Shown: positions 1 to 11,966, counted from the first letter of the stretch. The stretch: 64,000 nucleotides of DNA from Eutreptiella sp. 'Long Island Sound 2002' (GCA_964036045.1 OZ038379.1:19592001-19656000); one strand, 5' to 3'. A program made the numbers and translations. Notes: generated by a model from the letters alone, not told the origin.

Positions 1-127
1 CAGCCCCGATGGGTTCATGGAGCGGGACTGCAGTTGGCATGCTCGCTGATTCGCTGGCCATCAGAGTCAGGAACCATTGCCAGAGATCTTGCAGGTGGGA
101 AACTTTGTAGTCTCTGAGGGCTCAGCT

Positions 128-425
128 GAAATCTAAGTACTCTGCCTATTTCAATCACCCTGATTGCAAAAGGCGAAAATCTAGGTACTCCGCCTATTTC
201 AATCAACCTGATCGAAAAAGGCGAAAATCTAGGTATTCCGCCTATTTCAATCACCCCAATTGAAAAAGGGAAAAATCGAGGTACTCCGCCTGTTTCAATC
301 CCCCCGGCTGAAAACGCCGGAAATCTATTTCAATCACCCAGATTGAAATTGGCAAAAATCTACGTACTTCTTGTATTTCAATCACCCCGATTGAAAAAGG
401 CGAAAATCTAGGTACTCCGCCTACT
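128..425. repeat. 48-bp minisatellite, ~6 diverged copies
   Basis: Unit ~AAAATCTAGGTACTCCGCCTATTTCAATCACCCTGATTGAAAAAGGCG; CTAGGTA recurs at 181 and 229 (period 48). Confidence 0.9.
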
Positions 426-816
426 TCACTTGCAAGGGCGCCAGCTCTTGGGAACTGTTACTTATAGCGAGGTTCCTGTCTGCTGATGCGCCCACAGTGC
501 AGCAACCACCAAACCAGGATCAATAGGCACAGCCACGCCATCCTGAACGAAAAAGGCTATGAACCAAAGAGAATGTTAACCCCCCTTCCACTTGCGCAAC
601 CATGAGTACACATGGTGCCGACCCCTATGGGGCAGTTGCCTACAACGTGCGCACAGCGCCACTCGTTTACGTGACTTTACCGGGACTAACCGCAAAACCA
701 CTGACCACCAAAATACAGCATGCACAGGTTAAAACTTGGGGGTTGACTGTACACGCAAACATGTTGCAATGTACTGAGGCTATGTGCAAAGTCTTGGTGT
801 CGCCAATTGATAACAA

Positions 817-1741
817 TGAGGGAGATAAATGCACCGCGCGCACCGCGTGGTGCACCGCGCGCGCACCGCGCTTTGGTTTCTACCAACCCTTTCCTGCATT
901 TTTCACATTTTTTCAGGGTGGCAAGGACGCGGTGGCCTAAGGGGTAAGCACACAACAACGGAGGCCTCCACTCCATCCTCCTCACCAATGGTGGTTGTGG
1001 CCGCCCACACCCCCTGCCAGGGGAGGGCCGTAGGAAGAGGAAGAAGAGGATGTAGAACTCTCCGGTACGGCCGCTCGACCGAAGAGCCTAGTGCCCCACA
1101 GGGTGCCCAAGCCTGTGGGGCCGTTTCGAACGTTTCGCGTTTCGCTGTGCTCAATGCACTCGTTTCGCGTTTCGGAGTGTTACTTCTTGGGGTGCCCAAG
1201 CCCAGGAAGTAACCGTATCGGTGCGTTTCGCGTTTCAATGATCACGGTGTCACCTACGAGGAAGCCTCCTCTTCCTCCTCATCAGCAGACGTAAGTGACG
1301 AGCCTGAGGATGATGAATCCGAATCCGAGTCCGAATTGGAATCGGAATCTGAACCACGACGTCTGGTGGCCTTTGGCTGCCCGAAAATGCCACTTGGGAA
1401 GTGGTCCCAAGGGCCGTACGGCTCATAGCGCACGTTGAGAAATCGCTACGAAAAACACGCGTACTTCAGCAGAAGACGTTTTGTGCCTCTGATTTTTCAT
1501 TTGTTCTCTATAGAGGGAGGGGCGAGGCACCCGTGGCAATTGTCCGCCATCGCGACAGCCATCGCAACCTGGCTTGGCGCCCTATCCCGCAGCCACGGCA
1601 CACGGGCTCACCACAAGGGAGGGGCAAATAGTGGTGAGGTGCAGAAAACAGCACAAGGGGAAAGAAAAGGTTGTACGCGCACGTGGAAAACCAATGCACC
1701 GCGCGCGCACCGCGTGGTGCACCGCGCTTTTATCTCCCTCA
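817..1741. mobile_element. Putative non-autonomous TIR element (~925 bp)
   Basis: TGAGGGAGATAAA (817-829) is the exact reverse complement of TTTATCTCCCTCA (1729-1741). Each end adjoins a GCACCGCG-repeat core and an inner TTGGTTT/AAACCAA inverted pair. Confidence 0.55.
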
Positions 1742-4150
1742 ATAATGATCACTTGCAGAATGTGCATCCCCATGTGCTAAAAAAACATGAACTTTTTGGC
1801 CAAAGCATCGCCTGGGTGGGGAGGCTTGATGCACGAAGGCAAGCAGGCCATCCACACCCTCAGATGAACCCAAGTGAGGTTGTTCATCCTCTTCGTCATG
1901 TTTGTCATCACTGTTGTCAAGAAGGTCAGGAAGCTCTAACTCAACCGCATCATTGGGAGGGTTGTTCCCACCATAAATCTTAATGGGGGTCCCAAAAGGT
2001 TGCATAATTGTTTTGGCCTTCAAAGCCCATTGTTCAAACAACTGGGATTGCAACATCAATTGCAGTGCCTGCAGCAACACTTCAGCACCCCAACGGGCCC
2101 AGTTTCTCAACACGTTCGCAAATCCACATTGTCTATGTTGCACTCCTCTGTGGTACCAAGGTTAATATTGTCCCCATGCGTGCCCCTCTTGCTACTTTGG
2201 GCCTTCCACTCCGGATGCTTGGCATAGACATGTGCCACCCCTACAGTACCGCGTGCTCGGGGTAGGATGGTGTCTATGGAGGCATACAAAAGGTTCCGTT
2301 CCACAGAGCATCTGGTGCAACCTTGGGTACGAGACACTGTAGTACATGTAGTACACTGGGACAGCCCCACACAGAACATGGGTGAGTGCTCACACAACGA
2401 TTCGATCTTGAATTTGTGGTTACATCTCCCCTACTGTCTAGGGGTCACACTAAAAGGGGGCTTGGGTTGTGGCTACATGTCCCCTACCTTGAAGTGCACC
2501 AATTGTAGTAAGCAACTGGAAAGTGGCATTTTTCTGTAGAGGAGTCAGGTGCAGTGGAGCCCCCCCCCCCCCCCGCCCCTGTCTACTCACATCATCTCCC
2601 CACCCCTTGTTTTCCCCAAATTTGATCTCGGCAGTGGCCTTCGGTTCAACTACACAGTGACCGACCAGACACCGACCCTCCTTACAAGGACAGGGATTCT
2701 TTGAGGTGGGCCACCACCTGCTGCCACCAAGAAAGGGTCAGGGGCAGGGCAAGGGCAATGGCAGGGCAAGCCACCCCTCCCCCAGCAAGGGATGGCCAGC
2801 AAGACGCCACCACAAGCTCTGGTCAGGCAGGGGGCCTTGAGCTTGGGCAGCTTACCATCCATGGTATTTTCCGGCGCGGCACCTGGCATACAGAGGCCAG
2901 CCCCACTGTGCCATCAGCATTTGCTGATTAGGAACGGGGGAACCGGGCACCATGCAGCCCCCTGATGTGTGGACACTATTGCTGCAATCAACACGAAAAA
3001 AAGCCCTTGATTCTGGTGTCTGCAGCTTTGAGATAGGGAGTGTGAACATTGCAAAACTCCACTTGGCTCAAAAACAACAGAAAATCAGGGGCGTCGAAGG
3101 CGTGGAAGAAAATCTTGTTACAGATTCTTCGAGAAGCTATGGAGGGGGGAAAGGGGCAGGGTCACTTGGTGAGGGTATATTTGCCCAGAGCACTGCTTTT
3201 GGGCGAGTGTCGTAAGCCATAGTCCCGAATTTACCATCTCTTCGAGAAACCCAGAAGCAGACCAGAATATTGTCACGCTACCAGCTAGATCAAGCGCAAC
3301 ACCATCCCTATAGAGCTCACAAATACCACACCAATCTGCCACTTCCAATTGGACAAAAAATGTTGCACCAGAGCTTGATCCTGGCCTCATGCCAAACTCA
3401 CTCAGTTCGACTCAATTCTGTTGTCCTTTGCTCTCAAATTGTTTTGCGTAGCTGCTCTCGTAGTGCAAACCAGACCAACACCGAATGTTGCCTTGAGGTC
3501 ACCGCACTGGCGCGGCTATCGAATGTTTCTTGGACTGCCTGGGTGAGCTCTTCCTCCTCCCATAGCACCAGTTACGCCCCTACCATACCATGGTTAATGC
3601 TCGCTACCGAGACCCTAGGCTCAAAGTCATAAGGATAGGACATATAGCTCAAGAGATGCGCGTCAATCCATTTTGACCCAAAAAAAACCTCTGTGGAAAA
3701 GCTAGGTACCTCTCAAGCTGCGCTGCTTGTGGCGGAAGCTGCAAGTTGGCTAACTGCTGGATGGCCGTACGGTATGTCGGTTGCCATGTGGGTGCAATTT
3801 GTTGAAATAGTGAATCATCCTTGAGCAGACCGCCCACTGTGAGGATGCCTCCTCTAATGAGCCATGGGCAAAAATACATCTCTTTATGTTCACTACGGAA
3901 GGCATGGTGATGCCAAAGTGGGGTGTCGTAGGCAATCATTGTGAGTGGTGCTTGTGGGAAGTCGTGTTTGAGGCATGAGAATGTGCGGGCTGACCAGGGT
4001 AAGTAGGGCATGGAGTTCCATACAACATACTACCCATTTTGAAAGCTAAAATGGAACATGTACCAAAAATGATGCCTTGCTTGGCCTGGAAGTGTTCAAA
4101 AGCACGAAGCAGACATGCTGGCCATATCAAGAGGCTTTCCATGACTCCCT
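1740..4150 (-). mobile_element. Degraded non-LTR retrotransposon (L1/Tx1-like ORF2 C-terminal region) remnants
   Basis: Broken minus-strand frames include PLWHHHAFRSEHKEMYFCPWLIRGGILTVGGLL (post-RT region) and a zinc-knuckle-like PCSVWGCPSVLHVLQC near 2330-2380. Many stops and frameshifts. Confidence 0.55.
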
Positions 4151-4194
4151 GCAGCCCCTCAAGCTGGGATCAATGCTGCATCAGTATCACAGGG

Positions 4195-4492
4195 GGCTTT
4201 TTTGCACAGTGCGGGCACAGCGCAGGCACCGCGCCCGCACAGCGCCCGGGAGCACCCCTGAAAACCACCCCTCGACAGAAGCGTGCATGATCAATTCAAA
4301 ACAGCATCGGGGTACAGAATTCAGGACCCTGGGACCCGTGGCAAGCATCAGACTAAAACAAAAAAATCCCTGGTGTACCAGCAAGGGGGTGGTAGGGTGC
4401 AGAATTCAGGACGCTGGGACCCGCGGCCACCGGTGGTGGAAAACAGCCGACTTTTCGCACAGCAGGCGCACAGCGCACGGTGCGCCCCCACA
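4195..4492. repeat. ~290-bp dispersed element, copy 1
   Basis: Near-identical to 34298-34603 (GGGAGCACCCCTGAAAACCACCC...GCACAGCGCACGGTGCGCCCC), with GCACAGCGC clusters at both ends. Confidence 0.85.
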
Positions 4493-4949
4493 GTACCTCA
4501 TTGTCCGGCTGTTTTGTCTCGGGGAGAGAACCGCTGCATACTACGATACACATTGTTAATGCATGTGCACTGTTCCGCACTGTGGCGCCCCAGATGGGGC
4601 CAGCTCAGTCATGGGCTACCGCCAGTGGTGCGAGTGCTGTGCATGGGACATGGGTAGCTGCCTCTCAGTGGTCTGGGGCCTCAATCGTCAGGTTGCAATG
4701 TCCGCATTAGGCTCTGGCCGTGCCTGCCCCACGGCTGTCATCGCCTTCTGTCCATCCCGCCGTTGTGCGGCGCTTTCACAGTACGAAGTGTGCCGCCAAG
4801 TTCAGCCCTCGTCCCTGGGTCCGCTCTGTATATTGGCGCTCTGCGCTCTACAGGGTTATGCGTACATCCTGGTCAAGGGTCACTGCCTCCCGTGCTGCTG
4901 CGATTGCTGGCCCCACTCGGCCACACCAGGTTGGGCTAAGGCGGGTCCT

Positions 4950-6150
4950 TAGGTTGAAAAACCAAGTGGGTACAGGCATGGTTAGAATCAAAGAAACATT
5001 CAACATTCAACATCCCTTTTTGGGTATGTCATGCAAGGCTTTTTCATTTTTGCAGACAAAGGCCCCAGGGGCGACGCCCAGCGACGAACTGCTGGCAGAC
5101 ATGGCGCTGTGGCATTTGGTCTGGCTCCGTGACATGCATGCCAGCACGTATTTTCCCCCGGCTTTGATCTGACAGGGCGTTTTGACTGTGGTGCAGCTGG
5201 AGGCACGGGAGGGAGGGCGGGGGAATCTGCACCGCACGCGGGCGCCAGTTTACCAGGCGGGCGTGCACCTGCTGAGAGCTCACCCCAAGCCACGCCCGTC
5301 GACCCCAGATGAGTCTAAACCCACGTTCTGGCTGCAATGGAACTGTCGTGTAATGCTGCGGTACCTAATGGGGCTCACACCAGTAGAACCACACCAGAAG
5401 CCGGGGGTGTGGCAAGCGTGGACAAAGCTAACCCCCCCCCCCCCCCCCGGATATCCATTTCATACAGATGGCGTTGTGGCAAAAACTGACGGTTGGCGTT
5501 CTTTTGGCCAACTGGCAGCCACATGGCACCGCGTGCCCGATCTGTAATCAACAGGAAACTTCCCAGCATGCGGTGTCAGGTTGCAAATATCTCCCGGTGG
5601 CAGCCCACATTGCTGCCCAGTGCATGGGACCAGCCATGACTGAGAATGGACCAGAGACCCCCCAGTAATACTCTGGGAACAACCTGAGCTGTCACTCTGG
5701 GTGTCACCCTGTGGTCAGCAGTTAGGGCGGCATGGTACCAGAGGTGCATGCACAAGCTGCACAGTTACATGGGAGCCCCCAAGTGGGATCAGTTTCTGGC
5801 GCTATGGGTTGAGGGGGTGGAGGAGCACCCCACCCTCACGCTGCCGCGCGATGAAATCACGCTGATGATACATGCCCTGCAATCCATGCGTGACACTACA
5901 GTCCTGCAACACCCGAGGGTAGCAGTGGCACCCTCCCGGTCCCCACCCAAACTGTATGTGCCTGCGCGCAAGCGCCACATGAAATTCGAAAATGCGGAGG
6001 AGCTGGACGAAAAATATGGCGGATGTGGGGCGACGCAAGTCACCCCTCCTGTTTGGGCGCATATCAATCCCCCCCCCCTCCCGCCACAGAGGAACAGGAG
6101 CTGCTTATGCAAGACGAAGAATCGCTATGGGGGTGGGAGGAAACGGAACT
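4950..6150 (+). mobile_element. Degraded LINE ORF2 C-terminus with zf-RVT-like zinc finger
   Basis: CPICNQQETSQHAVSGCKYL (5468-5668 frame) fits the CxxC-E(T)-H-C zinc finger found after the RT in L1/Tx1 elements. Flanking frames are disrupted. Confidence 0.7.
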
Positions 6151-6829
6151 GACGCAGCCACACTTGCCTGCCCTTGCACCTCAGACAGGACTGGGGATTG
6201 ACACACCACCAGCCATGCCGTTGCGCATGCCGGCAAAGTCACCGCCCCCGCCGCCCTCCCCCCTGTGGGATATCGAAATCTGCACACTGGTGCGGACTGG
6301 GAGAAAACCGCGCGCGTCCACACTAGCCAGCACCCCACGTTGGTTGGCAATGGCACCAGTGCGTGCTAGGGACGTAGAATGCACCCCACCCGCGGGCGAT
6401 GGAGCCAAGGCGCCGTACCGAGTTGGGACGGCACATACCACTGTCCGCACACCACACCCTTTGTCCCCCCTATCTCCGCAGATGTCCTTGCAGTTGCTGG
6501 CATCGCTGGAGCTGGTGGCAATGGAGGGCGATGCACCCCCCTCGCCCCGACAAACGCTACTTTTTGAGGCATCGTCACAGGGTTCCCCCGCTTGGACACG
6601 CCCGCACCGGACCCCCCCTCCGCGGCTTCGACGGTGTCATGCAGCACGGAAGGATCGCGCTGCTTCACCCCTGCATGTTGGGTGGTCTGGGGGTGTGGGA
6701 TGGGGAGAAGACGGCTGTGGTGGGAGGGAGCCATAGGCCCAGCCTCGACGTTGCAAACACACGTTCAGTTGACTGCATACGTGTGTACGTGTACGTGTAC
6801 GTGCACGGTGACCGGTAAAGAAGAAGAAA

Positions 6830-7425
6830 AACGCTGGGACCCAGGATGAATTATTCACGAACCGCACAAAACATCGTAGAAAATCTGCCATTGCAAAAAG
6901 GTCTTGGGAGCGGCCAGGGCATAGCCCTTGTTCTTTTGGAAATGAGAGGATTCGCTGTGTGACACCCCAGGAGCCCGTTTTGAGGGCAACACTGTAGATG
7001 AGAGTGTGAAGCAAACATTTTTATCAGCCAAAACAGCCCTGGCTGGATGGACCAGAAGCGGTAGGATCCAGAGCTTGAGAAGCTCTGCATGTTCGGGGAG
7101 GGTGAGCTCCCATGAGCGCATGGCATATGCGCGTGAGAGCGCTTTGTTAAGAGCTAGGGGAAAAAACTGCTCTGCGGTGACATGCCCAAGCAAAATGCCC
7201 AGGTATTTGATGGATGTTTGGATCGGCATGCCCAGTTTTGAGAGTAATGCCCGTGATTGGGGTAGCCAGTCACCTTTCAACAAGATGGCCGATTTGCCTT
7301 TGTTGACATGCAAGCCCGTGTGTAAAGAAAAAGCTTTCATTTCTGCCATGATGTGCAGTAGGACTTGAGCGGCCTCTGCCAGTGGCAATGAAATGATGAC
7401 AAGGAGGTCATCTGCGTACAAAAGA
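6830..7425 (-). mobile_element. Non-LTR retrotransposon reverse transcriptase fragment
   Basis: YADDLLVII catalytic motif, then GLHVNKGKS, IKYLGILL and a frameshifted PKEQG(GLG)-like motif, the usual order of non-LTR RT C-terminal motifs. Confidence 0.85.
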
Positions 7426-7596
7426 ATGGTGACAGCCTGTGAAGCTATTCAACATGAATGTTGCCATTGAATGGGACATTTCTTGACTGATTTATACATG
7501 AACGTCCCCCATCTGGGAATATGCGGGCAGTTGTACTATCCAGGCCCCCGTCAGTGCTGCCGGGGCCTGTGTCCCACTGTTACCCACAGAATTCCG

Positions 7597-9717
7597 CTAA
7601 AGATCGAGGGTCAGTGTACGCAGTGAGGGGGCCTCCTTCAGCGCTGTAAGGGCCTGGGACCCACTGTCTCCTACAGAGTTGCGCCCAAGGCTGAGGGTTA
7701 GTGTATGTAGCGAGGGGGCCTCCACCAGTGCTGCAAGGGCCTGTGCCCCACTGTCCCCCACACTGTTGGACGTGAGGTCCAAAATCAAGGTGTGCAGTGC
7801 AGGTGCGTGCTTCAGCCCTGAAAGACCTTGTGCGCCAATATCTCCCACATTGTTGGACGTAAGATCCAAAACCAGGGTGTTCAGTGCAAGTGCATCCTTC
7901 AGCCCTGAAAGACCTTGTGCCCCACTCGCCCCCACGTTGTTGTCCGAAAGATACAACTTTAGGTTGCCTAATGCAGGTGCCTCCTTCAGCCCTGAAAGAC
8001 CATGCGCCCCAATGTCTCCGACGTTGTTGTCCTCAACATCCACAGTCAGGGTGTGCAGTGCAGGTGTCTCCTTCAGTTCTGAAAGCCCTTGTGCACCAAT
8101 GTCTCCCACATTGTTACACGCAAGATCCAAACTCAAGGTGTGCAGTGCAGGCGCCTCCTTCAGCCCTGCAAGGGCTTGTGCGCCAATGTGTCCCACGTTG
8201 TTACACGCAAGAGACAAAGTCAGGGTGTGCAGTGCAGTTGCCTCCTTCAGCCCCACAAGGGCTTGGGCACCAATGTCTCCAACATTGTTCTCTGTGAAAT
8301 CCAAAGTCAGGTCGTGCAGTGCAGGTGCCTCCTTCAATCCTGCAAGCGCTTGCACGCCAATGTCTCCCGCATTATTGCCCGTGAGATACAAAGCCAGGGT
8401 GTTCAGCACAGGTGCCTCCTTGAGCCCTGAAAGGCCTTGTGCACCAGTGGCTCCCACGTTGTTGGCACACAGATTCAAATCCAGGGTGTGTAGTGCAGGT
8501 GCCTCCCCCAGCGCTCCAAGCGCTTGCGCCCCAATGTTTCCCACATTGTTGTGTGAAAGATGCAAATCCAGGTTGTGTAGTCCTGTCGCCTCCTTAAGCC
8601 CAGCAAGAGCTTGTGCACCAATGTCTCCAACGTTGTTACGCGCAAAATCCAAAGCCAGGCTGCAAAGTGCAGGTGCCTCCTTGAGCCCTGCAAGGGCCTG
8701 TGCACCAATGTCCCCCACGTTGTTATTTGCAACAACCAAGCTCATGGCGCGCAGTGCAGGTGCTTCCTTCAGCGCTGCCAGCGCTTGGGCACCATTGTTT
8801 CCCACATTGTTTTCTGCGAGATACAAAGTCAGGGTGTGCAGTGCAGGTGCCTCCTTCAGCCCTGCAAGGGCTTGCGCACCAGCATCCCCAACGTTGTTGC
8901 CCCAGATATACAAACTCAGAGTGTTCAGTGCAGTTGCCTCCTTCAGCCCTACAAGGGCTTGTGCACCAATGACTCCCATGTTATTGGCCCCAAGATTCAA
9001 AGTCAGGGTGCGGAGTGCAGGTGCCTCCTTCAGCCCTGCAAGGGCTTGCGCACCACTGGCTCCGATGTTGTTATGTGCAAGAGACAAAGTCAAATTGCGT
9101 AGTGCAGGTGCCTCCTTCAGCCCTGCAAGGGCTTGCGCACCACTGGCTCCGATGTTGTTATGTGCAAGAGACAAAGTCAAATTGCGTAGTGCACGTGCCT
9201 CTTTCAGCCCTGCAAGGGCTTGTGCACCAATGTGCCCCACGTTGTTGTGCATGAGGTCTAAAGTCAGGGTGTGCAGTGCATGTGCTTCCTTCAGGCCTGC
9301 AAGGGCTTGTGCACCAATGTATCCCACGTTGTTGTGCATGAGGTCTAAAATCAGGGTGTGCAGTACAGGTGCCTGCTTCAGCCCTGCAAGGGCTTGCGCA
9401 CCAGTCTCTCCCACATTGTTGGACATCAGCTGCAATCTCAGGGTGTGCAGTGCAGGTGCCTGCTTCAGCGCTGCAAGGGCTTGTGCACCAATGTATCCCA
9501 GTGTGTTGCCCCTGAAATCCAGGTACACGGTGCGCAATGCGTGCATGGATAAAGTGCCGATCATTTGCTGGGTGTCATGCTCATGTGGAATGAAGTAACG
9601 TAAATGTCGGTGCTGCAACCCATTCCACATTCGGCTGCACACATGGCTGCATACAGCCGTCCCTGAGAAGTCAGAAATGCAGCACAATACATCCAGAGGC
9701 AACTTGTACAACTTCAT
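7597..9717 (-). CDS. F-box-like domain + 22 tandem 29-aa leucine-rich repeats (RI-like), 706 aa, intronless
   Basis: The first ATG is at 9717 (the track's 9750 start is TTG). N-terminus YKLPLDVLCCISDFSGTAVCSHVCSRMW resembles an F-box. It is followed by 22 in-register LxxLxLxLxxNNVGxxGAQALAGLKEAPA repeats plus a partial 23rd. Confidence 0.92.
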   Translation of the reverse strand: MKLYKLPLDVLCCISDFSGTAVCSHVCSRMWNGLQHRHLRYFIPHEHDTQQMIGTLSMHALRTVYLDFRGNTLGYIGAQALAALKQAPALHTLRLQLMSNNVGETGAQALAGLKQAPVLHTLILDLMHNNVGYIGAQALAGLKEAHALHTLTLDLMHNNVGHIGAQALAGLKEARALRNLTLSLAHNNIGASGAQALAGLKEAPALRNLTLSLAHNNIGASGAQALAGLKEAPALRTLTLNLGANNMGVIGAQALVGLKEATALNTLSLYIWGNNVGDAGAQALAGLKEAPALHTLTLYLAENNVGNNGAQALAALKEAPALRAMSLVVANNNVGDIGAQALAGLKEAPALCSLALDFARNNVGDIGAQALAGLKEATGLHNLDLHLSHNNVGNIGAQALGALGEAPALHTLDLNLCANNVGATGAQGLSGLKEAPVLNTLALYLTGNNAGDIGVQALAGLKEAPALHDLTLDFTENNVGDIGAQALVGLKEATALHTLTLSLACNNVGHIGAQALAGLKEAPALHTLSLDLACNNVGDIGAQGLSELKETPALHTLTVDVEDNNVGDIGAHGLSGLKEAPALGNLKLYLSDNNVGASGAQGLSGLKDALALNTLVLDLTSNNVGDIGAQGLSGLKHAPALHTLILDLTSNSVGDSGAQALAALVEAPSLHTLTLSLGRNSVGDSGSQALTALKEAPSLRTLTLDL

Positions 9718-9752
9718 CTTTGCACAGAAATAAGTGGTCTGCAAATACAAAG
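9718..9752 (-). promoter_or_regulatory. Putative trans-splice acceptor of the F-box/LRR gene
   Basis: TTTGTATTTGCAG ends at 9739, 21 nt upstream of the ATG. Confidence 0.5.
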
Positions 9753-10719
9753 CCTATCGCAACTACATGCCCCAATTCAATCGCAGGACAGCAGCACCGT
9801 CAACGCCTCTCAAAGTCCACATACCAAGAGGAAGAGCACTGTCTCTTATCAATGGATGTAAAAGCAATGCCCCTCACCTACATAACAGCCCCACTGACAT
9901 GCATCAACGCCTGTAGCCTGGCCCCGACTGCCCCCAAAAAGAGTACCAGCTTCGACTCGCCAGGACTCAGATCCCTTTTTGTTTTGCTAAAAACCCAAAC
10001 CATAGCCTTCCAGCACATGAGGAAAACTGAAAGCACAGTGTGCAAAGTGGTGGACAGTTATAACGCAATATCAAGAGCATATCGAGGAGGTGGCAGGGGA
10101 TGGTCACCAAATGACGCCCCTCCCTCCCGGGGACAGCATTTTCTTTGGCGCCCCTGGTGTTGTATTGTTTTGCCCGCGTGGGGGGGGGGGGGGTACAAAC
10201 CCCTTTAAATGCCCGCCGCATCTGACGAAGGTTTTAATGGCTGCAATCCAAGCAGGTTGTCAAGGGTCCTTCTAATATTCACCAATCCATGCTTCATCCG
10301 TGCCCAAACTCCCAACCCAGACCCCTTTAGACAAAATCAAAATGCGGTAGGTTGTGGACGTCAGTTTTTTTTTAGATGCAACTGACTCAAGGCGCCCCCC
10401 CCCCCCCCCCGCCCAGGGCTGTCCTTAACGCAAAAAAAAAAAAAATCCCGTCCGGTACGGGGTAATTTCAAAAGAGCCCGCGGACAGTACATGTCTTCAC
10501 CCCGGTGTTCCCAATTGTTCAACCATGAGTCCCTAGCCCCAAATTGGTCTCAGCACATAACCATATGATCCTTGCCCCACATGTGTTGCATGACCCTACC
10601 TCACACCCTGCACAATTCAACATGAAGAAGAGCAATACTTTTTTTGAATCAAATATAGTGATGCAGCGTTCGACCACCCGAATGTTCCATCGCCGGTGGC
10701 ACAGCTGGAAACAAACTCC

Positions 10720-11527
10720 CTACTGCTGGTACAACCTATGGAAGTGCACCCTGACACGCTCCATAAGCTCCCTTCCCCCCTCTCACACTCAAACCATGCT
10801 TCCTACAAATGGCCTGAAACTCAACCTTAGTCCACTCATGCAACCTCCCCCTCTCCATTGCACTCAACACCGCCTCATCCACATCATACCGAAACACCAA
10901 CTGCGTGCCAGGGTTAGAAGAGGTGGAGGGGACAGCTGAGGGGTTAGGAAGGTCAGAAGAGGAGCTACTGGCAAATGCATCTGCCTGCTCCATATCCTCG
11001 TCCTCACTGTCTTCGTCCTCACCCTCCAACTCAACCCCATACACATCGCCAATGTCGGCGTCACGTGTCGCCCTCTTGGGGACAACCCACAAATCTCGAA
11101 TGTCCAACGGAACCTCCGCCTCACCATCCTCTTCCAAAGAAACTGCCAAATCCTTGAAAGCCGCAAACCCAAGCAAACCACCATCTTCCACCTCAACCGC
11201 ATGCCCTTGCTTCCGTTTGCGCGGGCGGAAAGGGGCCTTCCGAAGGTCCTCAAAAACCTCAAAGGGCCCCCAATCCTCTGGTGCCTCCCCATTGCACCTT
11301 ACCCACAGCGTCTCACACATGCGCTCCGTGGTTTGGCCAAAGTCCGTAGCCGTCACGTAGCTAAAAACTCTCTCACATGAACACGAGCTTGCCTCAACCC
11401 AATCCTCCAGGTTAGCACTGCCATCCCACTCAGCTCGCTTGAATCGTGCTTGTACGTCCTCAATCAAACTACGAAGAAACTTCATCCGGCTACCCTTGAT
11501 GACGCTACTCCCTACGTCAACACCCAA
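10720..11527 (-). pseudogene. hAT-family transposase C-terminal remnant with SAP-like tail
   Basis: EASSCSCERVFS...TERMCETLWVRCN matches the hAT SxxxERxFS dimerisation/catalytic-Glu region. An acidic linker follows, then LHEWTKVEFQAICRKHGLSVRGGK/ELMERVRVHF (SAP-like, frameshifted near 10770). No N-terminal part is present. Confidence 0.7.
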
Positions 11528-11553
11528 CGATTCCTCCCACCCCCGTGGAATGA

Positions 11554-11966
11554 CAAATTGGCTACCTCACCCGTGCCGTATCGGGGAGCCCCACCGCCTC
11601 AGAGCGGGGGGCAAAATCAGAAGTGGCCCACAAGTGGGCAAATTGGCTACCTCACCCCTGCCGTATCGGGGAGCCCCACCGCCTCAGAGCGGGGGGCAAA
11701 ATCAGAAGTGGCCCACAAGTGGGCAAATTGGCTACCTCACCCGTGCCGTATCGGGGAGCCCCACCGCTTCAGAGCGGGGGGCAAAATCAGAAGTGGCCCA
11801 CAAGTGGGCAAATTGGCTACCTCACCCGTGCCGTATCGGGGAGCCCCACCGCCTCAGAGCGGGGGGCAAAATCAGAAGTGGCCCACAAGTGGGCAAATTG
11901 GCTACCTCACCCCTGCCGTATCGGGGAGCCCCACCGCCTCAGAGCGGGGGGCAAAATCAGAAGTGG
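11554..11966. repeat. 85-bp tandem repeat, ~5 copies
   Basis: GCAAAATCAGAAGTGG recurs at 11611 and 11696. Copies are nearly identical and have no unique spacers. Confidence 0.95.

Noticed and set aside
7679-9598. 639-aa plus-strand ORF
   Set aside because: Antisense shadow of the LRR gene, caused by its repetitive codon usage.
11554-11966. CRISPR-like appearance of the 85-bp arrays (also 58155-59310)
   Set aside because: Whole units repeat with no unique spacers, there are no cas genes, and the context is eukaryotic.
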